51,874 nucleotides of DNA from Patescibacteria group bacterium (GCA_038078615.1 JBBTWT010000019.1:1-51874), one strand, 5' to 3'. Positions 1 through 10,959 are shown, counted from the first letter of the stretch. The notes: generated from the letters alone by a model not told the origin. Numbers and translations are program-made.

Positions 1-184
1 CCTTACGAAGTCTTTGTAGAAGGGAAATTAGTTGCACTTCACGCTAGAATGTAGGACCTCTTTTCCTCAAGTATTTCAATTGTCTTCCTTTATTCTAGGC
101 TTACAATATGGCTTTCAGATCCTTCACCAACAAAGATATTTTTCTTGCATGGAGGAAAAGAGGTGCGGGGTCAAGCCAAAATAC

Positions 185-2965
185 TTAGTTTTTCTCTTCG
201 GGAAGATTGGCCACAAAAGCCTCCGTACGGCGATCCCGAAGGAGCGCGTATAAGAAATTGAGCGCGAAGAGCACGAGCGCGGCGCTGAGGAGAATGCGGA
301 AAGTGAATATCACGGATCCGGGGATGTATGATGCGATAGCGGCGAAATATTTGCGCGGGCCTTGGAGCGCGCCTCCGGTGATGCCCGGCTCCTGAAGTTC
401 TACCTGGGCGACCGTAGAGAAATTGATCTCCGGGGAATCAAATGGGGAAACGTTCCAGATATCATACAGGGCGCGACGGGTATCATTCGACTGCACTACT
501 TGGGCAATAAGGCTAATGTTATATATTCCAGATGCCGGTTCGGATGCCGTGAAATGAAGTTCTCCGGCAGATTCTTCAACGACTGTGCCGCCATCCACGG
601 TCCATTCTTTTTGCGCCGTCCCTCCGAGAAAAGGAGGGATGAATGTAGCGTGAAAACCGAGTACACCGCCGGAAAATGCCTGAAATATGGACTTGCTATA
701 GTCATTGCACAAGCCGTCAGGACAGGCCGTCGCATCAGCTTTGCCGGTAATATCCTTGTATTGCCCGAGGAATTTCGGCCATACGACACTCTTGTCGAGA
801 GATTCTATGGCGACTGCCGGCTCCACGACACGGAACGCGCGCGTGAGCGTCAGGATATTGCCCGTATTGACATCATTCGCGGTGACCGTAATCGAATATG
901 TTTCCCCGGGATTCCCCGTTATGGGGAAAAAGTTCACTTCATTCTGTTGACCGGGTTTCTCGACTCCGTCAAACGTCTCGCAATCGGGAGAGACGCCGGC
1001 TTTGGAACAAACCAGAGGCTGACCATTGATTGTCCAGTGAAAGTTTGACAGACCCGCGGGATCGATCCGAAGCCCGATGATCTCGTTCTTGATGACCCGG
1101 CACACGGTTCTGTCCAAAGAATCATTGTTGCAGATAAGCGACGGGTTGTCCGCGAGCGTCACCCGCATCACTCCTCCGAGAAGAACGGTATTCGCTTTAT
1201 AGGCGCTGATTTTTTTCTTGGTGGAAACAAATTTCACGATAACATCGCCTCTCCCCTTACGCACGATATTGTCATCGCCGAAATTCTCCGTTACGGTAAC
1301 CTTGAAGCGCAGATACCCCACGCCGCCGATAAGATATTTGGAAGTTATATCCTCCGGAGCGTCAAGCTTCACCCTGATGCTGTCCAGGGCGTTACCCCTG
1401 ATGCTGCCGAGCAGTCCGGCTTCACGCAACTCTTTCGTGATATCGGCGGCATTATCAAAATTTATATTTTTGCTAAACTCCACTTTCCAGTCAAAAAGTA
1501 TATCAGCCAGATTGCGCTGGGCGTTGGTGACGGTCGCCTGAGTGATGACGATGTCGCCAGCCTGATCTTCCGTCTCATCATTGATCGGATTGTTCGGCGT
1601 AGCGCTGACGGCTACTTCCAAATTTGTCGCTTGGCCGCCTTTGGTCGGGTCCACGAGGTTTTTGGGAATACACTTATTGAGATCGAAACTGGCGGTCGGA
1701 ATTTCCACCGCGTATCCCTTGATGGTTTTCGTGTATGAACCCGTTCCATCGGCAAGTTCGATAGGACAGTTTTTTTTGGGAAAAGCCCACATGATCATAT
1801 GGGACGAGTCGTCGTGTTTGGTCGGATTCGCCGACGTTCCTTCAATCACAACGCCAACCTCATCGCCGGAAACATAGTTCCATACGAATACCGATTGTCC
1901 CAATCCGACGACATTGGCCTCGTCCTTGTTGCCGTTATCAGCCGTATCGGGATCGACCGGATCCGTCCCCCAAAACTCCTCTTCATTTTTGCCGAAAGAT
2001 CCGTCACCGCTTTCCGCCCCCTTGGCATTGGGAAACAGATGCCTGCACTGGGTTCCCGCACCCGAAGATGTCTGGGAAGAACAGGTGGTAAGGGCTGTCC
2101 CGCAAGAATTGGGTGGCGTGATATCCGTGACACAGCGAGGAGTGCCGACGCTGCAAATAGGGGTACCCGTAGCAGAACAGGCCGGGGCGCCATAAATGGA
2201 ACATACTACACCAGAGCCACTCTCTTCATCACCCTCATCCACCACACATGCTGGAGAGGCGCCTTCCGGACAAGTAGAGGCTTGGGATGTATTGGAAGAA
2301 CTGCCTGTAAGCTCATAATTTATCCCGGATTTCGCGTCGTTCACATAACAATGATCCGGAGCATTCGTCTTGTTGTCACCACCGAATCTGGCCTTATAAC
2401 CGTCATCATCAAGAGGGGTGCCAGCCGGCGGCTCCTGTTTTTCATATCCGTTCTGCGCGATGATTCTCGCCGCTTCGATTTTCCAGTCTTCGACGGTGAT
2501 GTCGCCTGTACTTTCCCGCTTGTCTGTGCCGCGCTTCGTATCAGAGGCATTGCAGAGATCGAGAGTCGCTTCATCCGTGACATTATTGTCCAAATCGCAT
2601 CCCTTGCGCTTCAGATACCACGTATAATAGAGTGCCGATTCTTCATTGGCAAAACGGAGAGGAAACGCTTTCGCCGAAAGCTTTTCCCCCGGCTTTGGAT
2701 CGCTCGGATTGAAGAACAGCGAGACTTCCGGGGGTTGCTTCTTGTTATCGGAAACGTTGAAGCTCTGCCCCTGGTTTCGCAAAGAGCCGAGATCCAGATT
2801 ATAACGGGCTTCCAGTTCAGACGCCACTTGCGAAGGTGATTTGATTTGTTGTGGAGTTGTACTAGGGCCACCTCGAGCAGAAGCGGAAAAAGCGCTCGCA
2901 ATAAAAAATTCCAGAGCAAAAACGATGGCAAGGATTGTTTTTTGTTTTCTACGAAGCGATCGCAT
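185..2965 (-). CDS. Large secreted/surface protein (signal peptide, Cys-rich segments, TSP3-like acidic motif, C-terminal TM anchor)
   Basis: 926-aa ORF; basic then hydrophobic N-terminus ending AFSASA; Cys-rich segment (CPEGASPAC...CSVGTPRC); EEEFWGTDPVDPDTADNGNKDE motif; hydrophobic C-terminal helix. Confidence 0.75.
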   Translation of the reverse strand: MRSLRRKQKTILAIVFALEFFIASAFSASARGGPSTTPQQIKSPSQVASELEARYNLDLGSLRNQGQSFNVSDNKKQPPEVSLFFNPSDPKPGEKLSAKAFPLRFANEESALYYTWYLKRKGCDLDNNVTDEATLDLCNASDTKRGTDKRESTGDITVEDWKIEAARIIAQNGYEKQEPPAGTPLDDDGYKARFGGDNKTNAPDHCYVNDAKSGINYELTGSSSNTSQASTCPEGASPACVVDEGDEESGSGVVCSIYGAPACSATGTPICSVGTPRCVTDITPPNSCGTALTTCSSQTSSGAGTQCRHLFPNAKGAESGDGSFGKNEEEFWGTDPVDPDTADNGNKDEANVVGLGQSVFVWNYVSGDEVGVVIEGTSANPTKHDDSSHMIMWAFPKKNCPIELADGTGSYTKTIKGYAVEIPTASFDLNKCIPKNLVDPTKGGQATNLEVAVSATPNNPINDETEDQAGDIVITQATVTNAQRNLADILFDWKVEFSKNINFDNAADITKELREAGLLGSIRGNALDSIRVKLDAPEDITSKYLIGGVGYLRFKVTVTENFGDDNIVRKGRGDVIVKFVSTKKKISAYKANTVLLGGVMRVTLADNPSLICNNDSLDRTVCRVIKNEIIGLRIDPAGLSNFHWTINGQPLVCSKAGVSPDCETFDGVEKPGQQNEVNFFPITGNPGETYSITVTANDVNTGNILTLTRAFRVVEPAVAIESLDKSVVWPKFLGQYKDITGKADATACPDGLCNDYSKSIFQAFSGGVLGFHATFIPPFLGGTAQKEWTVDGGTVVEESAGELHFTASEPASGIYNISLIAQVVQSNDTRRALYDIWNVSPFDSPEINFSTVAQVELQEPGITGGALQGPRKYFAAIASYIPGSVIFTFRILLSAALVLFALNFLYALLRDRRTEAFVANLPEEKN

Positions 2966-3008
2966 ACCCGGGTGAGGTAACTTTGGATTATTTGCTCCAC
3001 GGAGATCT

Positions 3009-3671
3009 CTAGCGCAGTATCAGGAAAAAGACATCGGCCAAGAAAAGAAATGCCCAGCTCGCCGCGAACGAGTACCAGATGGATCCGGATCGGTACGCGA
3101 TGAACCCTGCGAATGGCGAAAAAATAAGGAGCGGCGCCATCTGCCAGGAGACGGCATAATTCAGGGAAGCGAATCCGAGAAACAGCGCTGTCTGGATAAG
3201 TACCGAGAATATCCCGAGTGCCCGCAGCCAGAGAAACATCACCAGTCCGCGAAAGAACACCTCATACAACAGCGTCACGAACGACACCAGCACGAGCTCA
3301 TACAGTACGAACCAGAGAAAGTTCGTTTCAACGAGCACGGGGAAAACATACCGCCCGCGAAATTCCGGAAACGTGAACGCGAGCCACACCACTGCCGCGC
3401 CTGCCGCTACGATGCTGACGATACCCGCGAGCACGCCTGCGGTGAGATTTCCTTTCTGAAAGCCGAGATTTTTCAAGGACTCCTTGAGTACTATTTTACT
3501 ATAGAACACGGGAATCACCAAGAAGAAAACGATGCTCACGATGAAGCCCTGAAACACCGGACTCAATCGGTCGCTCTCGGGAAAAAATCCGAAAAACCCG
3601 AGCGAGAAGAAGACGAGGAGTCCGGTGACGATGAAACGGCGGTTATTCGAGAGTATTTCCAGGAGAGGCAT
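3009..3671 (-). CDS. CPBP (CAAX/Abi) family intramembrane protease-like protein
   Basis: Multi-TM 220 aa; YEVFFRG resembles EExxFRG; GFIAYRSGSIW motif; conserved His positions appear replaced. Confidence 0.65.
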   Translation of the reverse strand: MPLLEILSNNRRFIVTGLLVFFSLGFFGFFPESDRLSPVFQGFIVSIVFFLVIPVFYSKIVLKESLKNLGFQKGNLTAGVLAGIVSIVAAGAAVVWLAFTFPEFRGRYVFPVLVETNFLWFVLYELVLVSFVTLLYEVFFRGLVMFLWLRALGIFSVLIQTALFLGFASLNYAVSWQMAPLLIFSPFAGFIAYRSGSIWYSFAASWAFLFLADVFFLILR

Positions 3672-3699
3672 ACTCTTTATATGGATGTTTGTTATGGCG

Positions 3700-4377
3700 T
3701 TACGCGTACGCTGGTGCTTCAGGGGCTGGATTTTTTTCAGCCTCTTCTTTCGCTTTCTTGTAAGCTCTTCTCGCCAAGAAGTATAGCACGATGACCATCG
3801 CCGTCATTATAGGTAGGAAATTCAGCCCGAAGCCGACCGCTTCGATGAGACCAAAGCCTATAATCACCAATCCGCGTACCAGAAACATATTCATCCTCGT
3901 GTGCTGCGAAGATCTGTCGAACATCGCGAGCAGGATCCAGATGAGAAAGGTAAAACAGATGGTCACAACGGTGCCGATGCCCGGCAGCGATCCGATGCCC
4001 GCAAAATCAAGCAAATCTTTGAGCAGGGCGATCATCGCAACCCCGAGATAGAGAAGCACGGACGGTTTTTCTCCGGTAAACTGAGCATTCGCGGCGGTTC
4101 TTCCTTGCTCGTCTTTTACTCTCCCGCTGCGGACATCCCGCCGCACCTGTCGCGCTCTTTGCAAAGCGCTCATTTTGCCAGTACTGCCATCAGAAGCAGT
4201 CCGTTGAGACGCCCCCGCGGTTGCTCCTCGGGACGCTCCGGCACGGCCGGTACTGCCGGTGGCAGCGGACCGAGCCGCCCCGGCTCCCGCACGGCTTCCG
4301 GCGGCGGCAGCTCGAGATGCGCCCGCGGCGGCGGTGACGGCTCCTCTGGCGGCAACGGCGATGATCGGCAGTACCAT
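3700..4377 (-). CDS. Hypothetical membrane protein with Ala/Gly-rich N-terminus
   Basis: 225-aa ORF with 3-4 C-terminal TM segments, co-oriented in the VirB4 cluster. Confidence 0.65.
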   Translation of the reverse strand: MVLPIIAVAARGAVTAAAGASRAAAAGSRAGAGAARSAATGSTGRAGASRGATAGASQRTASDGSTGKMSALQRARQVRRDVRSGRVKDEQGRTAANAQFTGEKPSVLLYLGVAMIALLKDLLDFAGIGSLPGIGTVVTICFTFLIWILLAMFDRSSQHTRMNMFLVRGLVIIGFGLIEAVGFGLNFLPIMTAMVIVLYFLARRAYKKAKEEAEKNPAPEAPAYA

Positions 4378-4438
4378 ACGGATGCGTATTAATCGTTTCT
4401 CTTATCCTCTCCCGCAATGCATGATCCCATTTTCTTCC

Positions 4439-6301
4439 TTATTGTCCGGCATCGAACTCTTGTTTCGCCTGTTCGATCTCGAGCAGCTGGCGCGGATCGG
4501 ACGTGATGATCTGATCTTCGCTGTAGGAAGCGACCACCTTGATGGCCGCGTGCTTGGATCCGGCGAAGAAGATGCCCTCGCCCACGTTGCTCTCGAGCAG
4601 GAGGAATTTCTCGTGATCCGTGAGATAGAACGTCTCCGCCACCAGATCGATCGAGGACGCGGACTGGCGGAGCAGAAGCTGCATCGAGGAGTTCGTGATG
4701 ATCGGTTTGCCGTAGCGCGAAGCGGCGAAATCTCCGATATCCTGCGTGATGGTCGTCAATCCCGTATAGTATTTGCGGCAGCGTTTGGCGATGCCGAAGA
4801 GAAACGACGCCGCATCCTCATTCTGCATCATCACCCAGGCCTCGTCCACCACGATGATGCGCTTCTTCATATGCGAACGGATTTCGTTCCAGATGAACTG
4901 GAGGATGATATACATAGCGATGGGACGGAGCTCTTCTTCCAGATCGCGGATATTGAACACGACGAGCTGATTCTGCATTTCCACATTGGTCTGCTTGTTG
5001 AGAAAACCGCCGAAAATCCCCTCCGTATAGCGCTCGAGGCGCGCCGCGAGCGACTCGGCACCCTCCATATTCTGCAGTACGGCATAGAGATCGGACATCG
5101 TCGGAAATGAAGACGCGGTAAAAACGGAAAAATCGCTTGTCTCCTGAATATCGCGGATAGCGTAGGATTCGCGGATAGCCCGCTCGAGAACCGCGTCTTC
5201 TTCCGGCGTGACGGAGCCGAGCATCAGGTGCAGAAGCCCGATCAGGTTCGCTACCGTATTGCGAAATACGCCGACACTATCCTCGTCGCTGACTTTTTTC
5301 GGCAGATCGAACGGATTGAGATGGACGTTGGAGTTGAGCGATACCTTGAGAAACGTCCCGCCGACGGCCTCGCACAGATGCTTGTATTCGTTTTCCGGAT
5401 CGATGATGATGACGCTCGCTCCGAACATCATCGAGCGGAGCACTTCGAGCTTCACCGTGTAGCTTTTGCCGGCGCCGGACTTGGCGAAGACGACCATATT
5501 GGCATTCTCCATCTTGAAACGGTCGAAAAGCACCAGACTGTTGTTGTGGCGGTTGATGCCGTAGAGGATGCCCTCATTCGAGGAAAGGTCCGAGGAAACG
5601 AAAGGAAATGTCGTCGAGAGCGGTTCCGTATTCAGGTTGTTCGCCACGTCCAAAGTATCGGTTCCGAGCGGGCGCGTCGACGCGAACCCCTGATCCATAC
5701 GCATCACCGACGGCTTGACATAGACGAGCTGGGCTTCGAGGGCTCCTTCCACCGCCTGACATTTCTGGCTCAAGTCTTTCTCGTTCTCCCCATAGAAGGT
5801 TATATACAGACCGAAGCGGAAAAATTTTTCCGTCCCCTGCTGCAGCTTGCTGCGCAAATTCTCGATGTCTTCGAGGGCGGTATCCAATACCGGATCTCTG
5901 ACCTGCCCGCCTTCCGCCTCGATATGGATCTGCGACTGCACCTGCGACGATGCCTTGCGCAGATTCTTCAGTATTTCCGCCGTCTCGATCGGATGTATGA
6001 ACAGAGCTATGTCCATCGAAAAATCGGTATTGATGATAGGCGAGAGCCAATTCGTAGAAAGGTAGCGCGGATAAGCGATGACGAAATACGTGCGCGTCAG
6101 CACCTCTCCGATCTGCATCGTGTTGGGACTGAGCTTGATCGCGGGCGGCGCGATGAGGTCGCGGATGGTCGCGATGCCCTTCTGATACAAGAGATCGCTC
6201 GCGCTCGGCTTGGCGCGGCCGAACACCGGCAAGAAGCTTTTCTTTTCCGTGGCAGCCGATTTTTTCGTGTTGGCGTCTTCGAAAATGATTCCTGGGAGCA
6301 T
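4439..6301 (-). CDS. virB4: VirB4-like type IV secretion ATPase
   Basis: Walker A AKSGAGKS, IIIDPENEY, Walker B IVVDEAW, RKYYTGLTTITQ; downstream of a PrgI gene. Confidence 0.88.
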   Translation of the reverse strand: MLPGIIFEDANTKKSAATEKKSFLPVFGRAKPSASDLLYQKGIATIRDLIAPPAIKLSPNTMQIGEVLTRTYFVIAYPRYLSTNWLSPIINTDFSMDIALFIHPIETAEILKNLRKASSQVQSQIHIEAEGGQVRDPVLDTALEDIENLRSKLQQGTEKFFRFGLYITFYGENEKDLSQKCQAVEGALEAQLVYVKPSVMRMDQGFASTRPLGTDTLDVANNLNTEPLSTTFPFVSSDLSSNEGILYGINRHNNSLVLFDRFKMENANMVVFAKSGAGKSYTVKLEVLRSMMFGASVIIIDPENEYKHLCEAVGGTFLKVSLNSNVHLNPFDLPKKVSDEDSVGVFRNTVANLIGLLHLMLGSVTPEEDAVLERAIRESYAIRDIQETSDFSVFTASSFPTMSDLYAVLQNMEGAESLAARLERYTEGIFGGFLNKQTNVEMQNQLVVFNIRDLEEELRPIAMYIILQFIWNEIRSHMKKRIIVVDEAWVMMQNEDAASFLFGIAKRCRKYYTGLTTITQDIGDFAASRYGKPIITNSSMQLLLRQSASSIDLVAETFYLTDHEKFLLLESNVGEGIFFAGSKHAAIKVVASYSEDQIITSDPRQLLEIEQAKQEFDAGQ

Positions 6302-6313
6302 GGATTTTGATGT

Positions 6314-7012
6314 TTACCTGAGCGGGGTGAGTTCGATATCTTCGACATTTTTGAGGGTGGCCGCGGTGAACAATGACGGATTGTAACTGTTGAACAAAAG
6401 CTCGATGATCTCTTCCGTATTGAGCTGCGTGACGTTCACTCCCGTTCCTCCCAGCGCCGACATCACATGGCTGGTGCGCTGGAGCAGCTGCAGCTTGTAC
6501 GTTTCAAAGAGATTGCCATGCGCGCCGACCGACTGTTTGGAGCGGAAAATACCGAGCAGTTTGTCGACAAAGCCGCTGTGCTGGTCCTCGACGGAAGAGA
6601 AGGGAACGATCACATAAAAATATTTCGACATAATATCCGACACTTCCGTCAGATTCCTGATGAAAGACCGGTATTCGGAAATCTGGAAACGCAGAAGTTC
6701 GTTCTGCTGCTGTTTTTCCTCGTTCTGCAAAAGCTCGAGATACGGATCGATGTCGAAGTGACGCGAACTGATGAAGATCTGGACGGGAAAATCGAGCGAG
6801 TTGAGAAACGACTGATACTGGTTGATGATGGCGTCCTGCTCCTCCGTCGCTTTCAGGTAAAAATTGAGGGATGAGACGAGCAGGACGGCGCGCAACGCCC
6901 CGCTCTTGAGCACGATGGTATTATCGCGGATCTCATTGACATCCACGTATTTCTGCGTACTGGAGGCGCTCGCAGATTTGTTTTTCGGCTTGAGAAGCTC
7001 TGTCGCTTTCAT
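6314..7012 (-). CDS. VirB4-associated (TraC/TraE N-terminal-like) protein
   Basis: STQKYVDVNEIRDNTIVLK...SSLNF...FLNSLDFPVQI; lies between PrgI and VirB4; ATG at 7012 chosen as start. Confidence 0.7.
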   Translation of the reverse strand: MKATELLKPKNKSASASSTQKYVDVNEIRDNTIVLKSGALRAVLLVSSLNFYLKATEEQDAIINQYQSFLNSLDFPVQIFISSRHFDIDPYLELLQNEEKQQQNELLRFQISEYRSFIRNLTEVSDIMSKYFYVIVPFSSVEDQHSGFVDKLLGIFRSKQSVGAHGNLFETYKLQLLQRTSHVMSALGGTGVNVTQLNTEEIIELLFNSYNPSLFTAATLKNVEDIELTPLR

Positions 7013-7086
7013 TTGTTTCTTTTTTATCTCTTCTCTTCTTTCTTCCTTTTTTCCTGATTCCTCCCGCCTGCCGGACGGGCGGGGAT

Positions 7087-7503
7087 TCACAATACCTGAT
7101 GCCCTTTCGCCCCCCGGCTATCGAGTATGCGCGCCAGTTCTCTCAGTTTTTCTTGGTTTATCTGTTTTTTGGCATCCACGGTGTCCGCTGCCTTTGGCGG
7201 CTCTTTGGCTGCGGGCAGAGATTTCACCGGCCGCTCCCATACGGATACTTTCCGGCGGAAGAGAAAGAGTATCGTATAAAAAACAAATGTCGTGAGCGGA
7301 AAGCCATTGGGCCGATAAAAGGCAAAGGCGGCAAAGATGAGGACGGTCGGGATGGCGATGATGATGGCGAGCGAGGTATCGAAGGTGTTGAAAGCGGTAA
7401 GCAGCACCGCCCCCATACCGATCATCCAGAGGAGCTGCTTCCAGGTAAGCGGACCGGCTACCTTGTCTTCGACATCGATGAATTGCGGAACGCTGAACAT
7501 CAT
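7087..7503 (-). CDS. PrgI family protein (VirB3-like)
   Basis: N-terminus FSVPQFIDVEDKVAGPLTWKQ followed by two TM helices. Confidence 0.8.
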   Translation of the reverse strand: MMFSVPQFIDVEDKVAGPLTWKQLLWMIGMGAVLLTAFNTFDTSLAIIIAIPTVLIFAAFAFYRPNGFPLTTFVFYTILFLFRRKVSVWERPVKSLPAAKEPPKAADTVDAKKQINQEKLRELARILDSRGAKGHQVL

Positions 7504-7641
7504 ACTTTTGAAGAGGAATCGTGAATTAAGAATCACGAATTGAGAACACGATGCTTTACACGGCAATGTATTATAACATGTTTCCCTTCTTTTTTCATGA
7601 TTCCTGATTCATGATTTATGCTTCATAATTCCCTTTTCCCC

Positions 7642-8889
7642 TTACTCTTTCCCTCCGAGACTGACCGGGTGGATGTGAAACGGGTTGGGCTGCGGCGCTG
7701 CGGGTTTCGGGGCGGGTCGCGGCGCGGGGGCGGGAGTCGGAGCAGGCTGAAAAGTCGGCTGAGGAGTGGGTCGCGGCGCGGGCGGCATCACTTGTGGCGC
7801 CGGTTTCGGAGAGAGTGTCCGGTGTTCTGCCGCCTCTCGTTCCGCCGGAAAAACGTGCGTCGTGGAGAAATTGACGCTGCCGATCTCTGCGGAGCGCGGC
7901 GCTCTTCCCGTAGCAACGCTCGAGGGGGCACTGCGCCCGATGCGCAACTCGCCCGAAACGCTGCCTGCCTTGGGCAGGCTGCGGGCGGGACCGCCACTCA
8001 CATACTCCGTGTGCGCGTTTTCCTTTGCCTTTTCTGGTACGAAAAATGCCGTGTTTTGCACAGCTCTGGCATGCTGGGAAACGGCCGGCGGCTCACTGCC
8101 AGCCTCGCCGAGTCTAGGCGGGCGGTCTCCCATCAGAACACCCTGGAAAGCCGGAAAGATTATTTCCTGACGTTCCGCATCGATCGCGAGCGGAAAGTTC
8201 TCTTCCACTGATTTCAGTATGAGGTTGATGCGCTCGCGCTCCTGTGCGGAAAGTTTCTTGCCGTTTTCCGAACGGAAGAGGAGCCCTCCGCGCTGCACGT
8301 TGTCGTGATGCCCCACGCCGAGCTCGTCGCGATAGTACTTGAGCCAATAGAGGAGCGACGGACGCACCGGTTCCGGCTGCGACTTGATCCGGATACGATC
8401 CTCCGTGATCAGCTGATTGCCCAGGTTCTCGTATTTCGACAGCGCCTGCAAGAGCGGCATGTTCACCGTCACGGCTTTCGCCTCTTCCTGTTTTTCCTCC
8501 GTCTCCGGTGTCGGCTGGATAGTCAGGATTTCTCTCCGGATGAACTCCGTGATCGCCCGCGCCTGGTTCGGATCGCCGCCGCTGACCTGCATCAGCATCG
8601 ATCCGATCTTCGCCTCGCATTCCGGAAGCGACAGTTCCCCGAAAAAAATCTTGCGAATGAGTAGAGTAATATGCCCGATGGCCTCGCTATTCAGTCGAAA
8701 CGTATCCTGCAGTACTTTTATTTTTTTTGGCAACTCATCAGAAAGCAGGATGTTTTTCTTTTCTTGCGGCAAAGCCTTATAGGTTGCCCAGATCTGAGCC
8801 ACAGCAGACACGGAGCCAGTCTCCTCTGCGCCTACGAAAAGCAGCGGATAATAATGATGGTCGGTAATGGGTTGCGATACCTGAGACAT
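7642..8889 (-). CDS. Hypothetical protein with Pro-rich C-terminus
   Basis: 415-aa ORF with a PAPxP low-complexity tail, inside the T4SS-like cluster. Confidence 0.7.
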   Translation of the reverse strand: MSQVSQPITDHHYYPLLFVGAEETGSVSAVAQIWATYKALPQEKKNILLSDELPKKIKVLQDTFRLNSEAIGHITLLIRKIFFGELSLPECEAKIGSMLMQVSGGDPNQARAITEFIRREILTIQPTPETEEKQEEAKAVTVNMPLLQALSKYENLGNQLITEDRIRIKSQPEPVRPSLLYWLKYYRDELGVGHHDNVQRGGLLFRSENGKKLSAQERERINLILKSVEENFPLAIDAERQEIIFPAFQGVLMGDRPPRLGEAGSEPPAVSQHARAVQNTAFFVPEKAKENAHTEYVSGGPARSLPKAGSVSGELRIGRSAPSSVATGRAPRSAEIGSVNFSTTHVFPAEREAAEHRTLSPKPAPQVMPPAPRPTPQPTFQPAPTPAPAPRPAPKPAAPQPNPFHIHPVSLGGKE

Positions 8890-8958
8890 ATCTATATTTT
8901 TGTGTTTCTTTACCTGTGTATTCTAAAAGCCTACGTATACATCACCCTGCTTCCCTAT

Positions 8959-10959
8959 TTATGTTCTTGGGCGCGTTCGATATCCTTCTTCTACGGCGAT
9001 CTTCGGACCCTCAACTTTAATTTTTACCCCAGAAAGGATTTTGGTCCATTCTTCTTGGACATCGTTACCCGCCTTTTCCATTACTTTGGTCATCACGGAC
9101 TGCATCTTTTTTGGATCCATATTATTCTGGACATACTGATGGAAAGCGGGGTCGCTATGGATACCCTCCTGTTTCGCGATATCTTCCGAACCCATTTTTC
9201 CGATCGTATCAGCGTAGGCCTTATTGGTGTCCCCATGGACATTGACCTCATACTCGACTATCCCTTTTACTTTGCCTTCTTTCTTCATCTTTGCAGAAAC
9301 GGCTTTTAGCTGATTCACGGCCATAGCTTTATCTGCCTCGGATGATGTTGCATCGACCTTCTTCAAAGAGCTCTGTACTTGCCCCCCACTCATTCCAAGC
9401 GCATTCCTGCTGGCAGATTCCAGAACCTTCGCATACATATTCATATCGTCATTCACTGCAGCAAGCGCCTTTTGCAAGTGTTCGGGTGAATTGAGATTCT
9501 TTGATTCCGCAAGCGCGAGAGCGGCAGCCTTTCGTGTGACCTCATTACCAGAAGACAGATCCTGTTCCAATGTCGGGATACCCGTATTGTTTTTCTTATG
9601 CTCTGCAGCCTTCTCTCGGATTTCCTTGTCCTTGATACTTCTGAGCTCATGTGCGACGCCACCCTTCCATCCTTTCTCACCACCGACACCTATAATGCCA
9701 CCCTTGAGACCAGCCTCAATCTTGCTCGGCGCCTTCCACCATTTCTGAACTTTGTTGATTCCGGTTTTTTCCTTCAATCCGCCACCGATACCGCGCATCA
9801 CAGGATTGTCATATGTAGCCTTCTTTGTTAACCACTTGCTAGCTTTCTGCCCAAAACCCACGACTGACGAAGCCCCGGCGATGGACATTTTCTGCGCCAG
9901 GCCCATCGCCATCCAGAGAATGATGATCGGGATCGAATACATCGCCATAGCCGCGACAAACCCCATCTCTTCGGGTGTCGTCACGCCCGTCGCGACTTTT
10001 TTGAAACCGACTATGAACGCGCTCTGCTCATCACCGATTTCACGGAAAAACCGCGTCGCGACCAGTAGCATAAACATCGCCGCCGGGCCAAAAAGCGCAT
10101 ATTTCCAGAAACTTTCCCACCACATCTTGGAATACTGCTCCATCCCGGGAACGATGGATGCCGCGAACCCGACCGATGAAAATACCAGAAGGATAAGTAG
10201 CGCCAGCAAACGAATGAGGAACAAGACAGCCAGAGTAAGAAGCGTGATAGAGAAAACAAACATGAAAACGATCGCTGCTATGAGTCGAGACACGGTTATG
10301 GTGTCCGTATCAAGTTTTTCTCCTTTCCTGCTGCCCGGTATCAAAATTGCTTCAAGTTGTGAGGCCCGCAATGCCGTACCAAATGATTCGCCGGGCTTGT
10401 TCGGATCGTTCAGCATCTGATTGGCAAAAAAATACATCGGCACATTGGTCGCGTCAATCAAAGCGCGGGTAACAGGGAAACTGAAGTTGATGAACAGCGC
10501 CGCCAAGACCAGACTCAAGAGCGCTTTTTTGAAATCCTTCTGTATCTGGAAAACCACCGTAAAGGCTATGTAGAGGAGGACAAGAATGAAAAACAAGTTA
10601 AAGAAATCGCGGATGAATTTCCACATCTCATACACGCTTTGCCTGTTGAAGAGCCCCGGGTTCCCCGAAATATAATTGGGGTCTATAGCCCATCCGAAAA
10701 TCGTTACAGCGATAGAGGCGAGCCATCCAAAGAAAACAAAAACTCCATAGAGAAGCCATTTGAACCCACTCTCAGCGGCTTCACCAATATCTTCACTAAA
10801 ACAAAACCCAGATCCACCATCTGCTTTACACGAAGCAAACAGAGACCTCGCAGAAACAACCCATACATCAGCAAACGCAAAAATTACTCCAGAAAAAACA
10901 AAAAACGCCAGCAATAAAACAAACAGTTTTTTCTTTTTGTTTACACCAAACACAAACAT
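8959..10959 (-). CDS. VirB6/TrbL-like polytopic membrane protein
   Basis: W..IRDFFNLFFI...LFINFS...LIDATN pattern, many TM segments and a soluble C-terminal tail; ATG at 10959. Confidence 0.7.
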   Translation of the reverse strand: MFVFGVNKKKKLFVLLLAFFVFSGVIFAFADVWVVSARSLFASCKADGGSGFCFSEDIGEAAESGFKWLLYGVFVFFGWLASIAVTIFGWAIDPNYISGNPGLFNRQSVYEMWKFIRDFFNLFFILVLLYIAFTVVFQIQKDFKKALLSLVLAALFINFSFPVTRALIDATNVPMYFFANQMLNDPNKPGESFGTALRASQLEAILIPGSRKGEKLDTDTITVSRLIAAIVFMFVFSITLLTLAVLFLIRLLALLILLVFSSVGFAASIVPGMEQYSKMWWESFWKYALFGPAAMFMLLVATRFFREIGDEQSAFIVGFKKVATGVTTPEEMGFVAAMAMYSIPIIILWMAMGLAQKMSIAGASSVVGFGQKASKWLTKKATYDNPVMRGIGGGLKEKTGINKVQKWWKAPSKIEAGLKGGIIGVGGEKGWKGGVAHELRSIKDKEIREKAAEHKKNNTGIPTLEQDLSSGNEVTRKAAALALAESKNLNSPEHLQKALAAVNDDMNMYAKVLESASRNALGMSGGQVQSSLKKVDATSSEADKAMAVNQLKAVSAKMKKEGKVKGIVEYEVNVHGDTNKAYADTIGKMGSEDIAKQEGIHSDPAFHQYVQNNMDPKKMQSVMTKVMEKAGNDVQEEWTKILSGVKIKVEGPKIAVEEGYRTRPRT

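Noticed and set aside
5228-6310. 360-aa ORF antisense to virB4, and similar long antisense ORFs over pcrA, rsmA, comM, pnp, gyrA, rpsA and ftsH
   Set aside because: Shadow frames of GC3-rich genes with no motifs of their own.
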